From positions 576,001-640,000 of the forward strand of contig OZ251518.1 in the NCBI GenBank assembly GCA_965242965.1: a DNA stretch of 64,000 nt. Reading direction: 5' to 3'. The stretch is from Candidatus Poribacteria bacterium (lineage in GTDB: Bacteria > Poribacteria > WGA-4E > WGA-3G). This document shows, piece after piece, positions 58,291 to 64,000 of this stretch (position 1 is its first letter; each line of letters begins with the position of its first letter). Below the pieces are notes generated by a model. That model saw only the letters and a program-made list of their open reading frames with translations. It had not been told where the DNA came from and made no database searches. The position numbers were made by a program, and so were the translations under genes.

Positions 58291-59124
58291 TTATTGGCTC
58301 GCCTTCTCAATCCGCCGGATTGCCTTTTGCGCGGCGCGTCGAACAGATTTGGAAGAATCGGTGAGCGCGCCTCTCAAAGCGGCGAGAGTTTCATCTGAGT
58401 TATCGTGCATATCAGACAATTCTTCTATCGCATTGGTTCGGACTTTCGAGGAATTGTCGGTGAGGCTTGCGATGAGCGCGTCACGGATAGTGGCGGTAGG
58501 TTGTCCCTTTTCCGCCAACTTCTCGCCGATACGTCCTAACGCGTCAAGGACATCAGAACGTTCGCGTGAAGAGCCGATGGTTCGCCTTGCGATGAGCGCG
58601 GGGACGACAACAGCGAGGGATTCCGGGGATGTCGGGCGCACATCCTTGAGTTCTTCGAGTGCCTCGCGCCGGACCCTTTCGGCAGGATCGCTGAGGGCTG
58701 CCGCCAAGCCGCTGGCGATAGCATCCGTATTCTGTCCCGCTTTCCGCGCGTCTTCTCCGATTTCGCCTAACGCTTCTACGACTTTCTCGCGCACGCGTTC
58801 AGACGAGTCGTTGAGCATCTCGATAAGGGCGGCGGTGGCAGGTGTTCCGAGTTCTTTGAGGAAATCGAGGAATTGCTGTTTCACCGCTCTGGATTCATCG
58901 GCTAGCGTTGGCGCGAGTTGCGCGAGCAATTCTGCCTGCCAGGTTGCCTTGAGCGTTTCGTGCTCGGCTTTAATCGCGTTGAATTTTTCGGTAAGTTGGG
59001 CGAATTCCTCGCCGCGTGCCTCCGCTGTGCCGGTGTGGAATTGCGACATTTGGCTCATGCCTACGCCGATGGACAGGACGCTGGCGAGTATGACTATGAA
59101 CCATGTTGAGGGTCTGAGTCTCAT
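58291..59124 (-). CDS. Exported/membrane-anchored HEAT-repeat protein
   Basis: N-terminal hydrophobic segment; repeated L.D....VR..A..AL. Confidence 0.85.
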   Translation of the reverse strand: MRLRPSTWFIVILASVLSIGVGMSQMSQFHTGTAEARGEEFAQLTEKFNAIKAEHETLKATWQAELLAQLAPTLADESRAVKQQFLDFLKELGTPATAALIEMLNDSSERVREKVVEALGEIGEDARKAGQNTDAIASGLAAALSDPAERVRREALEELKDVRPTSPESLAVVVPALIARRTIGSSRERSDVLDALGRIGEKLAEKGQPTATIRDALIASLTDNSSKVRTNAIEELSDMHDNSDETLAALRGALTDSSKSVRRAAQKAIRRIEKASQ

Positions 59125-59208
59125 GTTGTTTTCCTCCTAGCGTGATTCGTGATTAACTTCGGGGATTATCATTTTAACATGAATGCCGAAGTTTTTGCCA
59201 CATTAACT

Positions 59209-59591
59209 TGAGGGTGCTTCATAAATCGCTCAACGCGCGCGGGGACATGCCTTCGCGATACGGTAAAAAACGCCTTCTTTCACGTAGGGCGAGGGCCTGT
59301 CCCTCGCCATGCCTCGCGCAATCCAGCGATCGCGGGTGAAACCCTCTCGGATGCGCGTGTGGCATCCGAGGGCCCCCGCGCTCCGATGAAAATAACGCCT
59401 TCCCTTTACGTAGGGCGAGGGCCTGTCCCTCGCCATCGTTCACGCGCCAGGCCCTGTAGGTCAAGATCGCCTGATCTTGACCCGTTCGGGAGCGGGTGCT
59501 CCCGAACTACAGAAGTGGGCCCGATGCCTGCTGGTATTCGTCCTTCCCCAAGGCGGGATAAATTCCGAAACGGAGTTATGAAACACCCGCA
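59209..59591. mobile_element. MITE-like element (383 bp): TIRs enclosing REP mosaic, no flanking direct repeat
   Basis: TGAGGGTGCTTCATA ... TATGAAACACCCGCA; flanks TTAACT and ATTATT differ. Confidence 0.7.
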
Positions 59592-59592
59592 A

Positions 59593-61500
59593 TTATTCTC
59601 CATAAAATGCGCGGTTCAAAACTTTATCCTCATCGCCGACTCGGAAATCCTCATCCTCCATCTCCGAGAGGTTGACGTAGAGCTGATTCTTATCTAGCAG
59701 CTCCATCAGCAGTGCCCGCTGCTTTTCTATGTCCCCAATGGCGATGAAATCTGCCACCGCCTCTTCGGGAACCTCAGGATTGACATACCAATTCAGGAAC
59801 GACTCTCGTGCCATATCGCGCCAGAGTTGCACCAGTTCGTCGCTGGTGCGCGCCGCTTGAATGCGCGCAACAAAAATGGCGTTGTAGGGCATCAGTTCAC
59901 AAGAAAGAAAATCTGTTTTGACAAGTCCCTCTTGCGCGAGGACCTTTTCAAGCCGCTCTCTGCAGACAGCGACATGCTCTTCCAATTGTTCGACGAGGAT
60001 AAACTGCCTTTTACCCCCCCCTTTACATCTATTAAGTTCAACTACGGCGTGGCCTGTTGTGCCAGAGCCTGCGAAGAAATCCACGATGATGTCGCCAGCA
60101 TTCGTCGTGAGTTTCAGGATGTCCATGACGGTATAGAGGGATTTGGGATAACTAAACAAGTTTCTCCCATCGAACATCTTTTTTAAGAGTCCAGTCCCGT
60201 GATGGTTCGCATCATACCGTGCGTCTGTCCACATGGTTTTCGCCTTGTTCTTTTTGCGGACGATTTTCCGATAAACCTTGTATTCGCTCCCGACTTTTCG
60301 CACGTAGATTTTCCCCTCGTTCAGTTCCTCCAGAAAGGATTCTCTGATCAACTTCCACGTTCGCATCCCATTTTTCCCCATCGGCAAGAGTTTCACGAAG
60401 TCTTCGCCGCCATCTTTCAAGGTAATTTCTTGAGTTGTGGGGTTGTAAAAAATAGGATAATAGAGTGACGGGCGTGTGTCAGGAGTTGCGTCTTCTCTGG
60501 CACGGACGAAAGATTCCTCTTCGATTTCGTCAGTCGTTTCAAATCGGAAATCTTCTTGAATCCTTTTCGCGTCTTTGGCGTAAATGAGCGCGTACTCATG
60601 AACCGTGGAGAAAAAACGGCTTTGAGTTGTTCCCCTCGGATGATGCCTAATGCAAAGAACACCGATTTTGTTCTCTCTGCCGAAAACCTCATCCAAAAGC
60701 ACTCCCAAGTAAAATAATTCGGCATCATTAATTGCAACGGTAATCATGCCATCGTCTCTCAACAATTCCTTCGCCACCTCTAATCGGTTCCTCATGAAGG
60801 TTAACCACGTGGAATGATTAAAGGTGTTGTTGTAGGTAAAGCTGTCCGCTGCACCGCCGGTGTTATACGGCGGATCGATGTAGACACACTTCACCTTACT
60901 CCGGAACTGCAACTTCAGACTATGAAGTGCCAACAGATTGTTCCCCTTGACAAGTAGGTTTTCACGAATCGTGCCGGTTGTGTCGCGTCTGATAGCAGAT
61001 ACTGGCTGTGCGCCGGCGGCCGTGTGCCGTTTCCAATTCGTGAGCACCTTCGGCGCGAGGAGCCGGTTAATCTCATCAGGCGCAAGGAGTTCGTTGAAGA
61101 ATATCTCGGTGCGTTTCTCTTCTTCGCGCGTTTGGCCGCCTTCTAAGACGCAGTCCTTGTAAGGCCAGACGAGTGCGACTTCGCCGCGTTCAGGTAGAAA
61201 CTTCTCGTCAATGTTTAAGCCGATCTTGTTGCGGAATCGGGTATATGCATCGGCGAGGAAGTTTTTGTCGGAGAGGTAGGTAATGAAGGCGTTGTAGTTG
61301 AAAATCCAGTGTCCATCGATTTCGGTGAAAAACTTCGCCTTGCATTCGGGTTCGCTGAGGAGGTGTTTGATGAGTGCGGTGTCCAGTTTCCACGCGCTAT
61401 CTTTAGCGGCGGCGGGGATGAATTCACCTGCGTTATCAACGAAACGTCTGTCGGTTTTCAGGCGTGCGATGAGTTTTTGGTTGAAGTTATCTGTTGGCAT
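59593..61500 (-). CDS. mod: Type III R-M Mod-like adenine methyltransferase (no res gene adjacent)
   Basis: WPYKDCVLEGGQ, NLLVKGNNL.AL, YIDPPYNT, HSTWL.FM..RL, FSYPK, DFFAGSGTTG, LDKNQLYVN. Confidence 0.92.
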   Translation of the reverse strand: MPTDNFNQKLIARLKTDRRFVDNAGEFIPAAAKDSAWKLDTALIKHLLSEPECKAKFFTEIDGHWIFNYNAFITYLSDKNFLADAYTRFRNKIGLNIDEKFLPERGEVALVWPYKDCVLEGGQTREEEKRTEIFFNELLAPDEINRLLAPKVLTNWKRHTAAGAQPVSAIRRDTTGTIRENLLVKGNNLLALHSLKLQFRSKVKCVYIDPPYNTGGAADSFTYNNTFNHSTWLTFMRNRLEVAKELLRDDGMITVAINDAELFYLGVLLDEVFGRENKIGVLCIRHHPRGTTQSRFFSTVHEYALIYAKDAKRIQEDFRFETTDEIEEESFVRAREDATPDTRPSLYYPIFYNPTTQEITLKDGGEDFVKLLPMGKNGMRTWKLIRESFLEELNEGKIYVRKVGSEYKVYRKIVRKKNKAKTMWTDARYDANHHGTGLLKKMFDGRNLFSYPKSLYTVMDILKLTTNAGDIIVDFFAGSGTTGHAVVELNRCKGGGKRQFILVEQLEEHVAVCRERLEKVLAQEGLVKTDFLSCELMPYNAIFVARIQAARTSDELVQLWRDMARESFLNWYVNPEVPEEAVADFIAIGDIEKQRALLMELLDKNQLYVNLSEMEDEDFRVGDEDKVLNRAFYGE

Positions 61501-61554
61501 AGTGGTTTCCTTTGCGGCGGTTCAACGTTCGCCGAGATGTTGTCGATGAATACT

Positions 61555-61583
61555 ATTTTACCCGAAATTGCGATTTGTGTCAA
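61555..61583 (-). promoter_or_regulatory. sigma70 promoter of mod
   Basis: TTGACA-N17-TAAAAT. Confidence 0.65.
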
Positions 61584-61599
61584 CTATTTTTCTACTATG

Positions 61600-62160
61600 T
61601 CAAGACCGGGAGGTCTTGATATCGTCTGCGCAATCCAACGCTCGCGGGGGAAACCCGCTCGGATGCGCGTGTGGCATCCGAGGGCCCCCGCGCTACGAAA
61701 AAAATAACGCCTGCCTTTCACCGTAGGGCGAGGGCCTGTCCCTCGCCATCGTTCATGCACGCGTCATTTGACGCTCGCGGAGGACAGGCCCCCGCGCTAC
61801 GGGGAAAAAAACGGCACTTCACCGTAGGGCGAGGGCCTGTCCCTCGCCATCGTGCGTGCGCCAGGCTCTGTAAGTCAGGATCGCCTGATCCTGACCCGTT
61901 TGTGATCAGGCGATCACAAACTACAGAGGTGGAAACACACATCGTGACAATGGAGATCGCGGGGGACAGGCCCCCGCGCTACGATGAAAAAACGGTTCTT
62001 GAACCATCGCGGGGGACAGGCCCCCGCGCTACGATAAAAACGCCCCCCCCTCACCGTAGGGCGAGGGCCTGTCCCTCGCCATCGTGCGTGCACCCCAACG
62101 CTCGCGGGAGACAGGCCCCCGCGCTACGGAACATCGAGACCAGGAGGTCTCTCCTACCGG
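61600..62160. repeat. REP mosaic upstream of mod
   Basis: More than ten GTAG palindromes; same composite unit as 43216..43985 and the interior of 22502..23299. Confidence 0.9.
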
Positions 62161-62192
62161 AGCATCTGTCGATTTCCGAATACTGAATTGTC

Positions 62193-63413
62193 CTATCTCA
62201 AATCAAATGCGGTTTTAACTGATGCAGACTGCCCCGTGTTTAGCGCAGTCTGGATGGCGCGCTTGTAATCCGGCAGCGAAAAGAGGGGCCCTACTAATGG
62301 ACGCAATGTATCCCCTATCTGCTGTAAAAGCCGCATGCCGAGGGCAAAAGTGTGAATTTTTTCGCCGAGATGCGTTTCGATGCCATACGTATAGGCACCT
62401 TTAACCCTCAGCTGCTTATACCAGATCGAGTTCCAATCGACATTTTTCGGGATGCCCGGCATGCCGAGCAGGACTACCTCGCCGCCAGCGCGGGTGAAAC
62501 GGAGTGCATCGTCAATAGTCGTGCTAGAACCGATGCAGTCGAAGGTGACATCTACGCCGCCGAGCAAGACCTGTTGTCCTAACTCCGGTTGATACGCTGT
62601 CGCGCCTGTCAATCGGCAAAATTCTGCATATCTACCGGCATTCGGTGATAACACTTCATCTGCACCGAGTTCCCGCGCGAGTTGCTGTTGGTGCGGATGT
62701 TTGGCGAAGATGAGGACGCGGTTCCGGTGCCCGAGTCCGCGAAGCGCGGCGACGGTTAGCAATCCGATGCTCCCGCCGCCGATGACGACGATGTCATCTG
62801 TTTTTTTCAGTTCTGCCTTCAACACACCGTGCAGCGCGCAGGCGAACGGTTCAAGAAGCACCGCGCTCTCATCTGAAATAGCGTCAGGAACGACGTGCAG
62901 TTGCGTCCGATGCGCCACGAGGTATTCGCTCCAACCGCCGCCAGTATCGCGACAATATCCGGTTTGGACACCCTCCGAAATGCTCCCCTTTGTGATATTT
63001 TCACAATTGGAGAAGGAAGCGTTTTGGCATTGATGGCACGGCGGCGTAATCCCTCGCACTTCGCAAGATAGTGCCGGTTCGACCACCACTCGCGTGCCGA
63101 TATGCATATCGTCCACTGCTGCACCTACTTCCACCACATTCCCGACGATTTCGTGTCCCAGCACGAATGGGAAGGAGGTGAAGGGTGAAAAGTAGGGGCT
63201 TCCCTTCGCCGTGATCGTCGCCAGATCTGAGCCGCAGATGCCGCTGACTCGGGTCTGGATTTTCACCCATTCGGGTGTTGGCAGTTGCGGCGCGTCCATC
63301 TGAACGCGCCGCACGCTGGAAACGGGTGACGTATAGATGCTACGCCACCGGTTTCCAAGGTAGCGCGCGGCTAAGTAGCGAGGGATGCTTTTGGTGTATT
63401 GGATGGCTTGCAC
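62193..63413 (-). CDS. Zn-dependent alcohol dehydrogenase (MDR family)
   Basis: GICGSD, LGHEIVG, C....C..C...C, EPFACALH, GGGSIG; GTG start at 63413 assumed. Confidence 0.9.
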   Translation of the reverse strand: MQAIQYTKSIPRYLAARYLGNRWRSIYTSPVSSVRRVQMDAPQLPTPEWVKIQTRVSGICGSDLATITAKGSPYFSPFTSFPFVLGHEIVGNVVEVGAAVDDMHIGTRVVVEPALSCEVRGITPPCHQCQNASFSNCENITKGSISEGVQTGYCRDTGGGWSEYLVAHRTQLHVVPDAISDESAVLLEPFACALHGVLKAELKKTDDIVVIGGGSIGLLTVAALRGLGHRNRVLIFAKHPHQQQLARELGADEVLSPNAGRYAEFCRLTGATAYQPELGQQVLLGGVDVTFDCIGSSTTIDDALRFTRAGGEVVLLGMPGIPKNVDWNSIWYKQLRVKGAYTYGIETHLGEKIHTFALGMRLLQQIGDTLRPLVGPLFSLPDYKRAIQTALNTGQSASVKTAFDLR

Positions 63414-63498
63414 GGTGATGCTTGTGAGGGCGGATTTCTGTATCCGCCCGTTTCCTTCCTTCGGACAGAGCGTGTAGAAATGCGCGCGAACCGCTATG

Positions 63499-64000
63499 CT
63501 AACTCGCCTCATTCTGATAATACGCCATCAGAATCTCCGCCACTTCGGGACGGGCGATTTCCGGGGGCAACGGTTCGCCCGCTGCGAGAATCTCACGCTG
63601 CTTCGTGCCAGAAATGGAGAAGTAGTCATCGCCGCCATGAGCGCAATCGCGCATCATGACGATTTCGTTGCACTCGTTGCACCATACCGTGAAATCACCG
63701 CGGAAAATCTCTATCTCCAGTGCATCCACCGGAATCTCATCGAAGATGGCTTGCGCGTCAAACGGGCCGTAATAATCACCTGCACCGGCGTGGTCCCGGC
63801 CGACGATGAAGTGGGTGCAACCGCAGTTTTGACGGAAAACGGCGTGGAGCAATGCCTCCCGCGGTCCGGCGTAAAGCATGTCAAACCCGTAACCGGTGAT
63901 GGATACCGTGTTTTCGGGGAAATAGTGCTTCACCATGGCACGGATGGAAGCATCGCGAACGGCGGCGGGGATATCGCCCGGCTTGAGTTTGCCGAGCAGC
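63499..64000 (-). CDS. sat: Sulfate adenylyltransferase, 3' part (partial)
   Basis: [52 protein letters not shown]. Confidence 0.95.
   Translation of the reverse strand, partial: LLGKLKPGDIPAAVRDASIRAMVKHYFPENTVSITGYGFDMLYAGPREALLHAVFRQNCGCTHFIVGRDHAGAGDYYGPFDAQAIFDEIPVDALEIEIFRGDFTVWCNECNEIVMMRDCAHGGDDYFSISGTKQREILAAGEPLPPEIARPEVAEILMAYYQNEAS

Noticed and set aside
1-64000. tRNA, rRNA, prophage or transposase genes
   Set aside because: None recognised by eye; a covariance-model scan would be needed to exclude small RNAs

Overview
Bacterial chromosomal window, moderately GC-rich with AT-rich promoter islands. Gene content (LamG, TolB-like and other secreted proteins with a C-terminal 'V-E-x3-KL-x3-WG-x-IK' tail, cohesin/dockerin-FGE fusion, ASPIC/UnbV protein, TPR/HEAT proteins, dense palindromic repeats) resembles sponge-associated Candidatus Poribacteria; this is an inference, not a database result. 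Contents: ECF sigma factor with an FHA-like partner; three adenine DNA methyltransferases (two Type IIG/ISP-like, one orphan Type III mod); an AAA/PD-(D/E)XK protein; two tandem fused MNT-HEPN genes; a SufR-like/NapF-like operon; glpK; an NtrBC-type two-component pair; a TonB-dependent receptor; a squalene-hopene-cyclase-like enzyme; a type II secretion operon (gspE-F-G-H-I-J-K-L-M-D); sat and a Zn-dehydrogenase. Main discoveries: (1) a multi-family GTAG-REP palindrome system that fills intergenic DNA, is packaged in TIR-bounded mosaic elements, and has inserted in frame into several proteins; (2) a shared non-hydrophobic C-terminal motif on five secreted proteins, a candidate sorting signal; (3) a 430-bp ORF-less IS200/IS605-type element with both ends, a TTGAT target, its own promoter and a structured ~330-nt RNA, a candidate trans-acting omega-RNA cassette. 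All calls come from reading the sequence by eye; start sites are best estimates.
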